DNA from: an uncultured Alphaproteobacteria bacterium
GTDB taxonomy: Bacteria; Pseudomonadota; Alphaproteobacteria; JAAXGF01
Assembly (NCBI GenBank): GCA_964475385.1
Contig: CAYYWV010000002.1
Coordinates: 1 to 58,375 of the forward strand
Direction of reading: 5' to 3'
DNA length: 58,375 nucleotides
The first letter of the stretch is position 1, and each line of letters begins with the position of its first letter. The notes beneath the pieces were generated by a model, which was given only the letters and a program-made list of their open reading frames with translations, was not told the origin of the DNA and made no database searches. The position numbers and the translations under genes are program-made. Of the stretch, positions 1 to 9,712 are shown piece by piece.

Positions 1-264
1 CTCGCCTTCGAGCTCGATCCGGCCGCCGATCTTGAGGCCGTTGTCGAGCTCGCCGCGCATCTTGAAGTAGACCTCGGCGTTCTGCAGGTTGGTCGTGCTG
101 TTCAGGTTCGTGTTGCCGGCCGTGTTCTTGTCGGCGTCGGAATATCCGAAATACTGCTGGTAATAGCCGCCCAGCACCATGTGAAGCGGCTCGGCCGCAG
201 ACGCCGGTCCGGCAAGCAAGCCGACCGCCGCCAAGGCCGTCGTGCCATAAAGAATCTTCTTCAT
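1..264 (-). CDS. outer-membrane porin, N-terminal part (gene continues beyond left edge)
   Basis: ATG at 264-262 on the minus strand. My translation is MKKILYGTTALAAVGLLAGPASAAEPLHMVLGGYYQQYFGYSDADKNT...GGRIELEGE. It has a Sec signal peptide with an AxA site, then Gly/Tyr/Asn-rich beta-barrel-like sequence. Absent from the ORF track because it is truncated. Confidence 0.55.
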   Translation of the reverse strand, partial: MKKILYGTTALAAVGLLAGPASAAEPLHMVLGGYYQQYFGYSDADKNTAGNTNLNSTTNLQNAEVYFKMRGELDNGLKIGGRIELEGE

Positions 265-547
265 GGTCTCCCCCAATCTAGTCAGGAACCAAATTTCAGG
301 TGGTTTTGAGCGCGAACCGGCTCTGCACCCCCCGTCCCCCTGCGCATTCAGGGTTGTCCGAATAAACGAGGGTAAATGCATTGTCGTCAAGGGTTAGGCG
401 CTTGGTTCTGTCACATTAATCCGACACTGTTGCTATTTTGCAACAACCCGCGGCTTCCGTTGTCGTCTCAAAGGCTTTGGGGCATAGTCGAGCCGGAATC
501 GACGCCTGTCACGGCAACCTTCCGTTAACCCTTGCGAGGCGCGGGCC

Positions 548-1657
548 ATGCCGCATACCCCGTCCGTCGAGCAGACGATGGCCCAGGCCCGCGCGGTCCA
601 TCTCGCGGGCGCCCTCGACCAGGCGCGCGCGCTTTATGAAAGCGTTCTTCGGGTCATGCCCGAACGCGCGGACGCGCTTGCGATGCTGGCCTCGATCGCC
701 TTTCAGGAAGACCGCCGCGAGGAGGCGGAAAGATGCGTCGAGCGGGCGATCGCGCTTTATCGGCGGATGCTGATCGGCGCCCCCAACAACGGCGCGCTTC
801 GGGCGGCGCTCGCCAACCTTCTGCTCGCCCGCGACCGCGGCGCCGAGGCGGAGGCGGTGATCAAGCCGGCGATCCTGCCGTTCAACCCGATCCGCGCCGC
901 GCCCGAAGAGTTCGAGCGCCTGCGCCGCGAGGGCCGCGCGCGCGGGTTGCCCGGCATGGTGATCAACGCGCTGCCCAAGTCGGCGAGCGAAAGCATTTGG
1001 AACAAGCTCGCCCGCGGGCTCGACATCGCCCAAGGGCACATCACCATCGGCCTGTTTCCCGACTGCCTGGTGGTGCCGCACCGCGCCCGCGAGCTCGCCC
1101 GCGGCGGGATCGCCGCCAAGGAGCACCTGCCGCCGAGCCCCCATAACCTTGAGGCGCTGGTCCGCGCCGGCATCGAGCGCATCGTCGTCCATGTCCGCGA
1201 CCCGCGGCAGGCGACGCTTTCCTGGGCCCATTTCCTCGAAGGCGACGTCCGCAAGCGCTTGCTCGCCCCCCTGTGGCGCAAGACGAGCCCCGCGGCCGCG
1301 TTCTTCGCGCGCCCTTTCGCCGAGCAGCTCGACTGGCACATCGCCCATTACCTGCCGATCGCCGTTCGTTTCATCGAGGACTGGGTCGCGGTCGCCGAGA
1401 CGCGCGCTCACGGGCTGCGCGTAAAGCTCCTCACCTTCGAAACCTTCAAGACCGATCCGGACGCCTATTTCGACGCCTTTCTCGACTTCTATGGCGTCGA
1501 TCGCGGGCTGTTCCGGCGCGACGCCGAGGCCGAGACCGTGCATCTGCGCCGCGGTCGGATCGACGAGTGGCGCGAGGTCTTGAGCCCCGACCAGGCGGCG
1601 CGGGCCTGGGCCCGAATTCCTCCCGCGCTCGCCGAACGTTTCGGCTGGGATCCGTAG
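548..1657 (+). CDS. TPR-like / sulfotransferase-family protein
   Basis: ORF 548..1657 (369 aa). The N-terminus has a helical repeat (LDQARALYESVLRVMPERADALAMLA). It is followed by PAPS-binding-like motifs LPKSASESIW and HVRDPRQATLSW. Overlapping ORFs in other frames are Arg/Pro-rich artefacts. Confidence 0.7.
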   Translation: MPHTPSVEQTMAQARAVHLAGALDQARALYESVLRVMPERADALAMLASIAFQEDRREEAERCVERAIALYRRMLIGAPNNGALRAALANLLLARDRGAEAEAVIKPAILPFNPIRAAPEEFERLRREGRARGLPGMVINALPKSASESIWNKLARGLDIAQGHITIGLFPDCLVVPHRARELARGGIAAKEHLPPSPHNLEALVRAGIERIVVHVRDPRQATLSWAHFLEGDVRKRLLAPLWRKTSPAAAFFARPFAEQLDWHIAHYLPIAVRFIEDWVAVAETRAHGLRVKLLTFETFKTDPDAYFDAFLDFYGVDRGLFRRDAEAETVHLRRGRIDEWREVLSPDQAARAWARIPPALAERFGWDP

Positions 1658-1791
1658 CCGCGCGCGGCGGCCTCTGGGCGCGCCTTGCGCAGGCGAGGCC
1701 GATCGCCATATAGTGTTTCGTCGACTCTCGGACGCCGCGCCCTGCGAGACGGCATGGCCGGTCGAGGAGGTCCAAAGGGAGGACGGAACGG

Positions 1792-2346
1792 ATGCGCGCA
1801 GCGATACGCAAGCGGGCGGGTCTTACCGCGGTCGTGGTGGGGCTCGTCGCTCTCGCGTTGACCGGATGCGCCCCGCGGGCCGGTCTTCAGTACGATGTGC
1901 CGGCCGGAACCAAAGCGGAGCACAAGGCCAACAAGGTTGCCAGCACCGGCAGCGTGTTCGGGGGCAACGGGCTGACGCTCTTCGGCGGCGACGAAAAGAA
2001 GAACAACGCCGCCGGCGCCGTGATCCCGGTGAACAGTTATCTGTGGCGGGCGACGCTCGACACCTTGTCGTTCATGCCGCTCGCCTCGGCCGATCCGTTC
2101 GGCGGCGTGATCATCACCGATTGGTACTCGCCGGATGAATCGACCGACGAGCGGTTCAAAATCACGGTCTATATTCTGAGCCGTCAGCTCAGGGCCGATG
2201 GAATCCGCGTGGCGGTCTTCCGCCAGACCCGAACCGCCGACGGCAAGTGGACCGACGGCAAGGTCGGCAAGGAGACCGCGACCGAGCTCGAAAACGCGAT
2301 TCTGACCCGGGCGCGCGAGCTGCGCGTCGCGAGCGCCGCTCAGTAG
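1792..2346 (+). CDS. DUF3576 domain lipoprotein
   Basis: ORF 1792..2346. It has a lipobox LALTGC after a basic N-terminus. The conserved core is NSYLWRATLDTLSFMPLASADPFGGVIITDWY, typical of DUF3576. Confidence 0.8.
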   Translation: MRAAIRKRAGLTAVVVGLVALALTGCAPRAGLQYDVPAGTKAEHKANKVASTGSVFGGNGLTLFGGDEKKNNAAGAVIPVNSYLWRATLDTLSFMPLASADPFGGVIITDWYSPDESTDERFKITVYILSRQLRADGIRVAVFRQTRTADGKWTDGKVGKETATELENAILTRARELRVASAAQ

Positions 2347-2378
2347 CCGCCGGCGCGCGGTCGCGAGACGCCTCCGGC

Positions 2379-4511
2379 GTGGTGAGCTCTGGCCCTCCGG
2401 CGAGGCCGCCCGGAAGACGCGACGGCCCGCGCGGCTTCGACGGGCCTCTTGCCCGCGCCTTCGCCGCCGCGGTCGGTCATCATCGCCGCGGCCGGCTCGA
2501 CGAGGCCGAGGCCGGGTACCGTCGCGTTCTCGCCGGCCAGCCCGACCAGCCGGACGCGCTCAACATGCTGGGCGTTCTCGCCGGCCAGCGCGGCCGGACC
2601 GATGAAGCGCGCGATCTCTTCACGCGGGCGATGCGCGCCAATCCCCGCAACCCCCTGTTCGCTTACAATCTCGCGATGGCCGAACAGGCGGCGGGCGTCC
2701 TCGACGCCGCCGAGGCGCACTACCGGCGCGCGCTTACCCTCGCGCCCGATTATGCGGATGCGCTGGCGGGCCTCGGCGGCGTTCTTCTCGTCGCGGGCCG
2801 GCTCGACGAGGCCGAGCGCTGCTGCCGCAAGGCTTTGCGCCTGCAGCCCCGCAACCCGCGCTTTCTTTACAACCTGGGGGCGGTTCGGCTCGCCCAGGGG
2901 GCGACGGACGAGGCGATCCGCTTCACCCGCGAGGCCATCGCGCTCGCGCCCGACTTCGCCGAGGCGCACGCGAATCTGGGCACGGCGCTGCTCGCGGCCG
3001 AAGACTACGCAGCCGCGGCCGAGGCGCTCGAAAAGGCGATCGCGCTGAACCCGGATCACGCCGAGGCCCACCACAACCTCGGCATCGCGCGGCTCGGCGA
3101 AGGCCGGATTCTGGACGCCATCGCCTCCTTCGAGGCGGCGCTGGCGCGCCGCCCCGACTATGCGGAAGCGCACGTCAGCCTGGGGCACACCTACCGCCGT
3201 CTTGGTTATTGGACCGAGGCGCAGGCCGCCTACGATGCCGCGCTCGCGATCCGGCCGGACGATGCACAGGCCCTTCTCGGGGCGGGCTTCACCGCGATCG
3301 ACAAGGGCGATGTCGAGACCGCAAGAGCCCGTTTCGACGCCGTTCCCGAAGACGCACCCCAGGCTCCGCTCGCCGCCGTCGGCAAGGCGCGGGCCCTTGC
3401 GCTTCTCGGCGAGAACGAGGCCGCGCTCGCTTTGGTCGCGCCCGAGACCGCGCCCGAGCCGATCGCGCCCGAGCGCGCCGCGGCTTTCGGCGCCCTGGCC
3501 GACAAGTTCGGCCGCGCGGACGAGGCCCAGGCCCTCATCGCCGAGGTTCTCCGGCGCCCCGGGCTCAGACGCGAGCAACGCATCGAGCTCCACTTCGCGC
3601 TCGGCGGGCTCCTCGACCGGGCGGGCGCGTACGACGCCGCCTTTACGCACTACGCCGCCGGCAACGATCTCGTCGAAACGCCGTTCGACCCAGAGGCGTT
3701 CGCCGCTTTCGCGGCGCGGGTCCGCGCGCTTTTCGGACCGGACTGGCGCGCGCGCCTCGCCCGCTCCGGCAACGCCACCGAGGCCCCCGTGTTCATCGTG
3801 GGCACGCCGCGTTCGGGCACCTCGCTCACCGAGCAGATCCTGAGCCGCCACCCCGCTGTGGCGGCGTTCGGCGAGCGCGAGGACATCACCCGCGCGCTCT
3901 GCATTCTCGGCGGCGGGCCGCTCGCCTACGAGCGCCACGTCGAAGCGCTCGAAGAGCTCGACCGCGAGGCCCTCGAGAGAATCGCCGCGGACTACCTCGC
4001 GGCGGCGTCCGCCGGCGCGCCGGGGGTCGCGCGCATCACCGACAAGATGCCGTACAACTTCATGCATCTCGGCTTCATCGCGCAGCTCTTCCCCCGGGCG
4101 CGGATTATCCACTGCCGGCGCGATCCGATGGACAGCTGCCTTTCGTGCTACTTCCAGCGCTTCAGCCGGGGCAACTTCCACACCTACCGGTTACCGCATC
4201 TCGGCGCCTTCTATCGGGTCTACGAGGAGATGATGGCGCATTGGCGGGGGGCGCTCGATCTGCCGATCTTCGAGCTCTCCTACGAGGCGCTGGTCGCCGA
4301 CCTCGAGGGCGAGAGCCGGCGGCTGCTCGCTTTCCTGGGCCTCGACTGGGATCCGCGCTGCCTGCGGTTCTACGAATCGAAGCGGGTCGTCAACACGGCG
4401 AGCTTCGATCAGGTCCGCCGGCCCCTTTACGCCGATTCGGTCGGCCGCTGGCGCCATTACGCCGATCGCCTCGCCCCCCTGATCGAGGCGCTGGGGCCCG
4501 CGATTCCATAA
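2379..4511 (+). CDS. multi-TPR repeat protein with C-terminal sulfotransferase domain
   Basis: ORF track 2247..4511, trimmed to the in-frame GTG at 2379, just after the DUF3576 stop. There are many 34-aa TPR units (AEAHYRRALTLAPDYADAL, AIALNPDHAEAHHNLG ...). The C-terminus carries FIVGTPRSGTSLTEQIL (5'-PSB) and IHCRRDPMDSCLSCY (3'-PB). The start codon is uncertain. Confidence 0.8.
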   Translation: MVSSGPPARPPGRRDGPRGFDGPLARAFAAAVGHHRRGRLDEAEAGYRRVLAGQPDQPDALNMLGVLAGQRGRTDEARDLFTRAMRANPRNPLFAYNLAMAEQAAGVLDAAEAHYRRALTLAPDYADALAGLGGVLLVAGRLDEAERCCRKALRLQPRNPRFLYNLGAVRLAQGATDEAIRFTREAIALAPDFAEAHANLGTALLAAEDYAAAAEALEKAIALNPDHAEAHHNLGIARLGEGRILDAIASFEAALARRPDYAEAHVSLGHTYRRLGYWTEAQAAYDAALAIRPDDAQALLGAGFTAIDKGDVETARARFDAVPEDAPQAPLAAVGKARALALLGENEAALALVAPETAPEPIAPERAAAFGALADKFGRADEAQALIAEVLRRPGLRREQRIELHFALGGLLDRAGAYDAAFTHYAAGNDLVETPFDPEAFAAFAARVRALFGPDWRARLARSGNATEAPVFIVGTPRSGTSLTEQILSRHPAVAAFGEREDITRALCILGGGPLAYERHVEALEELDREALERIAADYLAAASAGAPGVARITDKMPYNFMHLGFIAQLFPRARIIHCRRDPMDSCLSCYFQRFSRGNFHTYRLPHLGAFYRVYEEMMAHWRGALDLPIFELSYEALVADLEGESRRLLAFLGLDWDPRCLRFYESKRVVNTASFDQVRRPLYADSVGRWRHYADRLAPLIEALGPAIP

Positions 4512-4680
4512 AAGCGAAAAAGACTCTAGACGCGATCTCTTTCGATTGGACCGGCGCGGTCGTTCTCCGCGCGGCCGCGCGGTGCCGCTGGAATCGCGCC
4601 CGGCGACATGCTAGGTTTCGCCGCGCCCGGCCTCTGGCGGGGCGCTGTCGTTTCCGAAGCATCAGACCGGTACGCGCGGC

Positions 4681-7245
4681 ATGTCGCGGTATAACGCACA
4701 CGAGGTCGAACGCGCCTGGCAGGCGATCTGGGACGAACGCGGAACCTTCCGCGTAAGCGCGGACGAAACCCGCCCCAAGTACTATGTGCTTGAGATGTTC
4801 CCCTATCCTTCGGGGCGCATCCACATGGGGCATGTGCGCAACTACACGCTTGGCGACGTGCTCGCCCGTTACAAGCGGGCGCGCGGCTTCAACGTTCTGC
4901 ACCCCATGGGCTGGGACGCCTTCGGCATGCCGGCCGAGAACGCCGCGATCGAGCGTGGGATTCATCCCGCCCAGTGGACGCGCGAGAACATCGCCACCAT
5001 GCGCCGCGAGCTTCAGTCGATGGGGTTGAGCTACGACTGGACGCGCGAGTTCGCCACCTGCGACCCCGAGTACTACCGCCACGAGCAGAGGATGTTCCTC
5101 GACTTCCTCGACAAGGGGCTGGTCTACCGCAAGGAATCCTGGGTCAACTGGGATCCGGTGGACCGCACGGTGCTGGCCAACGAGCAGGTGATCGACGGCC
5201 GCGGCTGGCGCTCGGGCGCGCCGGTCGAACGCCGCCTCCTGCCCCAGTGGATGCTGCGGATCACGGCCTACGCCGACGATCTTCTCGACTCGCTCGCCCG
5301 CCTCGAACGCTGGCCCGAACGCGTGCGCTTGATGCAGGCCAACTGGATCGGGCGCTCGGAGGGCATGCGCATCTTCTTCGCCCTCGAAGGCCGCGACGAG
5401 ACGCTCGAGGTCTTCACCACCCGGCCCGACACCATCTTCGGGGCGAGCTTCTGCGCGATTTCGCCCAATCACCCGCTCGCCCAGACGCTCGCCGAGGGCG
5501 ACCCGGCGCTCGCCGCCTTCATCGCCGAATGCAACGCGCTCGGCACCAGCGAGGAGGCGATCGAGCGGGCCGAGAAAAAGGGTTACCGCACCGCGATCGC
5601 CGCAATCCATCCGTTCGACCCCGCCCGCAAGCTGCCGGTCTTCGTCGCCAACTTCGTGCTCATGGAGTACGGGACCGGCGCGATCTTCGGCTGTCCGGCG
5701 CACGATCAGCGCGACCTCGACTTCGCGCGCAAGTACGATTTGCCCGTGCTTCCGGTGATCGCGCCCGCGGACGCCGACCCGGCGGCGTTCACCATCGGCG
5801 ATGCGGCCTACACCGGCGACGGGGTGGCGATCAACTCGGACTTCCTCAATGGCAAGACCGTGGCCGAGGCCAAGGCCGCGGTCGCCGAGCGCATGGAGGC
5901 CGAGGGCGTCGGCGAACGCACCATCACCTACCGGTTGCGCGACTGGGGAATCTCGCGCCAGCGCTACTGGGGCTGCCCGATCCCGGTGATCCACTGCGAG
6001 TCCTGCGGGGTCGTGCCGGTGCCTCGGGACGCGCTTCCCGTCACCCTGCCCGAAGACGTCGATTTCTCGCAGCCCGGCAACCCGCTCGACCGCCACCCGA
6101 GCTGGAAGCGCGTGGACTGCCCGCGCTGCGGCCGCGCCGCCCGGCGCGAGACCGACACCTTCGACACCTTCGTCGAATCGTCGTGGTATTTCGCCCGCTT
6201 CGCCTGCCCCGACGCCGCCGAGCCGCTCGACCGCAAGGCGGTCGATTACTGGCTGCCGGTCGACCAGTACATCGGCGGGATCGAGCACGCGATCCTGCAT
6301 CTCCTCTACTCACGTTTCTTTACGCGGGCGTTGCGCGACTGCGGCTATCTCGACTTCGACGAGCCGTTCGAAGGGCTGCTCACCCAGGGCATGGTCTGCC
6401 ACCAGACCTATCGCGACGCGGACGGGAACTGGCTGTTCCCCGAGGAGGTCCGGCGCACCGACGAGGGAGCCTACGTTCACGCCAAGACCGGCGCCCCGGT
6501 CACGGTCGGGCGATCCGAGAAGATGAGCAAATCGCGCCGCAACGTGGTCGACCCCGAAGCGATCATCGACGCTTACGGCGCCGACACCGCGCGGCTGTTC
6601 ATGCTTTCCGACAGCCCGCCCGAGCGCGACCTCGAGTGGACCGACGCCGGCGTCGAAGGGGCCTGGCGCTATCTCAACCGGCTGTGGCGGATGGTGACCG
6701 AGCCCGCCGCGCCGCTTGCCGCCTCGGGCGCGCCCGAGCCCGCGACGATGGGCGAAGCGGCGCGGGCCGCCCGCCGCGCGATCCACAAGACCATCGCCGC
6801 AACCACCGACGACCTCGAACGGTTCCGTTTCAATCGAGCGGTCGCACGCATCCGCGAGCTCAGCAACACGTTGGCCGCGCTCTCCGCGGACGAGGACGGC
6901 GCGGGCTGGGTGCTGCGCGAGGGCCTGGAGGCGTTGGTCCGCCTGATCGGCCCCATGACCCCGCATATCGCCGAGGAGCTCTGGCGTCGGCTCGGCCACG
7001 AGACCTTGCTCGCCGACACCCCCTGGCCCGAGGCCGACCCGGCGCTCGTCGCCGACGACCAGGTCACCATCGCCGTCCAGGTCAACGGCAAGCTGCGCGC
7101 CACGATCGCGCTTCCCCGCGACGCCGACCGCGAAACCGCCGAGCGCGCCGCCCTGGAAAACGCCGGCGTCCGCCGGGCGGTGGGCGACAAGCCTGTGCGC
7201 CGGGTCATCGTGGTTCCCAACCGGATCGTCAATGTGGTGGTTTAG
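4681..7245 (+). CDS. leuS: leucine--tRNA ligase
   Basis: ORF 4681..7245 (854 aa). It carries the class I aaRS motifs [13 protein letters not shown] (HIGH-type) and KMSKSRRN (KMSKS). Confidence 0.98.
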   Translation: MSRYNAHEVERAWQAIWDERGTFRVSADETRPKYYVLEMFPYPSGRIHMGHVRNYTLGDVLARYKRARGFNVLHPMGWDAFGMPAENAAIERGIHPAQWTRENIATMRRELQSMGLSYDWTREFATCDPEYYRHEQRMFLDFLDKGLVYRKESWVNWDPVDRTVLANEQVIDGRGWRSGAPVERRLLPQWMLRITAYADDLLDSLARLERWPERVRLMQANWIGRSEGMRIFFALEGRDETLEVFTTRPDTIFGASFCAISPNHPLAQTLAEGDPALAAFIAECNALGTSEEAIERAEKKGYRTAIAAIHPFDPARKLPVFVANFVLMEYGTGAIFGCPAHDQRDLDFARKYDLPVLPVIAPADADPAAFTIGDAAYTGDGVAINSDFLNGKTVAEAKAAVAERMEAEGVGERTITYRLRDWGISRQRYWGCPIPVIHCESCGVVPVPRDALPVTLPEDVDFSQPGNPLDRHPSWKRVDCPRCGRAARRETDTFDTFVESSWYFARFACPDAAEPLDRKAVDYWLPVDQYIGGIEHAILHLLYSRFFTRALRDCGYLDFDEPFEGLLTQGMVCHQTYRDADGNWLFPEEVRRTDEGAYVHAKTGAPVTVGRSEKMSKSRRNVVDPEAIIDAYGADTARLFMLSDSPPERDLEWTDAGVEGAWRYLNRLWRMVTEPAAPLAASGAPEPATMGEAARAARRAIHKTIAATTDDLERFRFNRAVARIRELSNTLAALSADEDGAGWVLREGLEALVRLIGPMTPHIAEELWRRLGHETLLADTPWPEADPALVADDQVTIAVQVNGKLRATIALPRDADRETAERAALENAGVRRAVGDKPVRRVIVVPNRIVNVVV

Positions 7246-7791
7246 ATGGGCCAAGCGCGCCAGACGGGCTGGACGCGGCGCGGGGCGCTGGGCATCGTTT
7301 TCGGGGCCGTTGCGCTAGGGCTCGGGGGCTGCGGGTTCACCCCCCTCTACGGACGCCGCAACCGCCGCGCGATCGCCCATCTCGCCGCGATCAAGATCGA
7401 CCGCATCCCCGATCGTCTCGGCCAGGTGCTGCGCAACGACCTTCTTTCGCGCCTGACGCCGGCCGGCGAGCCCGAGCGTCCGCTCTACCGGCTCGCGGTC
7501 GAGATCACGAAATCGCGGGCGGCGCTCGCCATTCAGCCCGACGATTCGGTCACCCGCTTCAACCTGCGTCTCAACGTGCGCTTCCGGCTCTACGAGATCG
7601 CCTCGGGCCGCCTTCTTTACAAGGATTCGACCAGCACCGTCGGCAGCTATAACGCGGTGCGGTCCGATTTCGCCAACCTTTCGGCCGAGATCGACACCGC
7701 CAACCGCGCCGCGCTCGAAGCGAGTCAAGAGGTGACGACCCTGCTTGCGCTCTACTTCTCGCGCTATAAGGACGCCGGCGCCGGATCGTGA
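7246..7791 (+). CDS. lptE: LPS-assembly lipoprotein LptE
   Basis: The ATG follows the leuS stop directly. It has a lipobox LGLGGC. The conserved leuS-lptE-holA order supports the call. Confidence 0.8.
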   Translation: MGQARQTGWTRRGALGIVFGAVALGLGGCGFTPLYGRRNRRAIAHLAAIKIDRIPDRLGQVLRNDLLSRLTPAGEPERPLYRLAVEITKSRAALAIQPDDSVTRFNLRLNVRFRLYEIASGRLLYKDSTSTVGSYNAVRSDFANLSAEIDTANRAALEASQEVTTLLALYFSRYKDAGAGS

Positions 7792-8849
7792 AGATCGCCG
7801 CGAAAGACGCGGACTCCTTCACCCGCCGGCCGCCGAAGGACGTGCGGGCGGTTCTCGTCTGGGGCCCTGACACCGGGCTCGTGCGCGAGCGCGCCGATCG
7901 GGTGGTGCGAAGCGTGGTCGACGATCTCGCTGACCCCTTCCGCGTGGTCGCCCTCGCGCCGGCGGCGCTCAAGGACGATCCCGCGCTTCTCAACGACGAG
8001 GCGGCGGCGATCGCGCTCGGCGGCGGACGGCGAGCGGTGCGCGTGCGAGATGCGACCGACGCGCTCGCCGACCGTTTCGCCGCCTTCCTCGACGCCGCCC
8101 CGGGCGATGCGATCGTGGTCGTCGAGGCGGGCGCGCTCGCCGCGCGGTCGCGGCTGCGCAGGCTCTTCGAAGGCGCGAAGAACGCCGCGGCGATTCCCTG
8201 CTACCCGGACGAGGGCGCGGGCCTCGACCGCTTGATCGAGAGCGCGCTCGCCGAGCGGGGGCTTAAGATAGAGGACGACGCGCGCGCCGCGCTCGCCGGG
8301 CTTCTTGGCGGCGACCGCCTGGCGACGCGGAGCGAGCTCGACAAGCTCGCGACCTACTGCGCCGAGGCCGGACGGGTGACGCGCGCCGACGTCGAGGCCT
8401 GCGTCGGCGACGGGGCGGCGCTTGGGCTCGATACGCTCGCGATCGCCGTCGGCGACGGCGATCTCGCCGCGCTCGACCGCGCGCTCGGCCGCGCCTGGCG
8501 CGAAGGGTTGTCGCCCGTTGCGGTTCTGCGCGCCGTCGGCCGCCATATCGAACGCCTACACCGAATCGCCGCCCGAACCAGTGGAGGCGAATCGCTGGAC
8601 TCCGCGCTCCGAAGCGAACGCCCGCCTCTCCACTTCCGGTTGAGCGACGCCATCCGCCGTCACCATCGCGCCTGGCCGTTGGCGCGGGCGGAACGCGCCC
8701 TCGAACGCCTGATGGAGACCGAGATCGCCTGCAAGACGACCGGCATGCCGGCCGAGACCCTGTGCGCGCAGGCGCTGATGGGGCTCGCTTGGGCGGCCGC
8801 CGCTCAGTTGTCGTCGCCGCCGAGGCGGCGAACGAGGTCGTCGAGCTGA
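7788..8849 (+). CDS. holA: DNA polymerase III subunit delta
   Basis: ORF 7788..8849. The GTG start overlaps the lptE stop (GTGA). Size and position after lptE are typical of holA. Its 3' end overlaps the convergent parB 3' end by 46 bp. Confidence 0.8.
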   Translation: MKIAAKDADSFTRRPPKDVRAVLVWGPDTGLVRERADRVVRSVVDDLADPFRVVALAPAALKDDPALLNDEAAAIALGGGRRAVRVRDATDALADRFAAFLDAAPGDAIVVVEAGALAARSRLRRLFEGAKNAAAIPCYPDEGAGLDRLIESALAERGLKIEDDARAALAGLLGGDRLATRSELDKLATYCAEAGRVTRADVEACVGDGAALGLDTLAIAVGDGDLAALDRALGRAWREGLSPVAVLRAVGRHIERLHRIAARTSGGESLDSALRSERPPLHFRLSDAIRRHHRAWPLARAERALERLMETEIACKTTGMPAETLCAQALMGLAWAAAAQLSSPPRRRTRSSS

Positions 8850-9712
8850 TCGGGGCTCGTGTAAGCGATCTCGAGTCGGCCGCCCGGTCCCCGGTGATGG
8901 AGCCGAACTGCGAGGCCGAGCCGGTCGGCGAGGCGGCGTTCGAGCGCGCGGATATCGGCGTCGCCCGTTTCGGCCGCAGGCTTCCGACGCTTCCGCGCCG
9001 GCGCGGCGCGGGCGCGGACGAGGCGTTCGGTCTCGCGCACGCTAAGGCCCCGGCGCGCCACCTCCTGGGCGAGCGGCTCAGGATCGGGCGCGCCGAGAAG
9101 CGCGCGCGCATGGCCCGCGCTCAGCGCGCCGTCGTCGAGCATCGCCTTGATCGAAGCGGGCAGCCCGAGAAGGCGCAACATGTTGGCGACGTGGCTGCGG
9201 CTCTTGCCGACCACGCGGGCGAGCGCCTCTTGGCTGTGGCCGAATTCGTCGATCAGGCGCTGAAAGCCTTCGGCCTCTTCGAGCGGGCTCAGGTTCTCGC
9301 GTTGAATGTTCTCGATCAGCGCGACCTCGAGCGCTTCCTTGTCGTCGAGCTCGCGGACCACGACCGGGATCTCGTGCAGCTGCACGAGCTGGGCCGCGCG
9401 CCAACGCCGTTCGCCGCTGACGATTTCGTAAGCGCCCGCGACCTCGGGGTCGCGTCGAACAACCAGTGGTTGTAAAACGCCCTTGCCGCGGATCGATTCG
9501 GCAAGGGCCTTGATCTCGGCCTCGTCGAAGCGGCGGCGCGGCTGAAGGCGGCTCGGGCGCAGGAACTCGATCGGGACCGCCCGCGGGGCGGCCTCGCCCG
9601 CGCCGGCGAACACCTCGTCGGCGGCGTCGCCGAGCAGCGCCGACAGGCCCTTGGCGAGGCCGCGGCGGCGGCCGCTTTCGCCCGCGGCCTTGGGCTTGTC
9701 GGCCGCGCTCAC
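8804..9712 (-). CDS. parB: chromosome partitioning protein ParB
   Basis: ORF track 8804..10042, trimmed to the in-frame GTG at 9712, which overlaps the parA stop (GTGA). It contains the ParB-box motif YEIVSGERRWRAA and the HTH SQEALARVVGKSRSHVANMLRLL. Confidence 0.95.
   Translation of the reverse strand: MSAADKPKAAGESGRRRGLAKGLSALLGDAADEVFAGAGEAAPRAVPIEFLRPSRLQPRRRFDEAEIKALAESIRGKGVLQPLVVRRDPEVAGAYEIVSGERRWRAAQLVQLHEIPVVVRELDDKEALEVALIENIQRENLSPLEEAEGFQRLIDEFGHSQEALARVVGKSRSHVANMLRLLGLPASIKAMLDDGALSAGHARALLGAPDPEPLAQEVARRGLSVRETERLVRARAAPARKRRKPAAETGDADIRALERRLADRLGLAVRLHHRGPGGRLEIAYTSPDQLDDLVRRLGGDDN

Noticed and set aside
2247-2378. N-terminal extension of the large TPR-sulfotransferase ORF
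   Set aside because: It overlaps the 3' end of the DUF3576 gene and is an Arg-rich, low-complexity translation. The in-frame GTG at 2379 lies just after the DUF3576 stop.
4390-6300. Long antisense or alternate-frame ORFs over leuS (4390..6300 minus, 4974..7652 plus). Similar cases lie over other genes: 2340..4181, 15231..17069, 17374..18807, 31000..32763, 39153..40622, 41974..43671, 43523..45058, 47142..48746, 55807..57207.
   Set aside because: Each is fully overlapped by a gene with clear family signatures in another frame or on the other strand. Their composition is dominated by Arg, Pro, Gly and Ala, as expected when stop codons are rare at ~68% GC.
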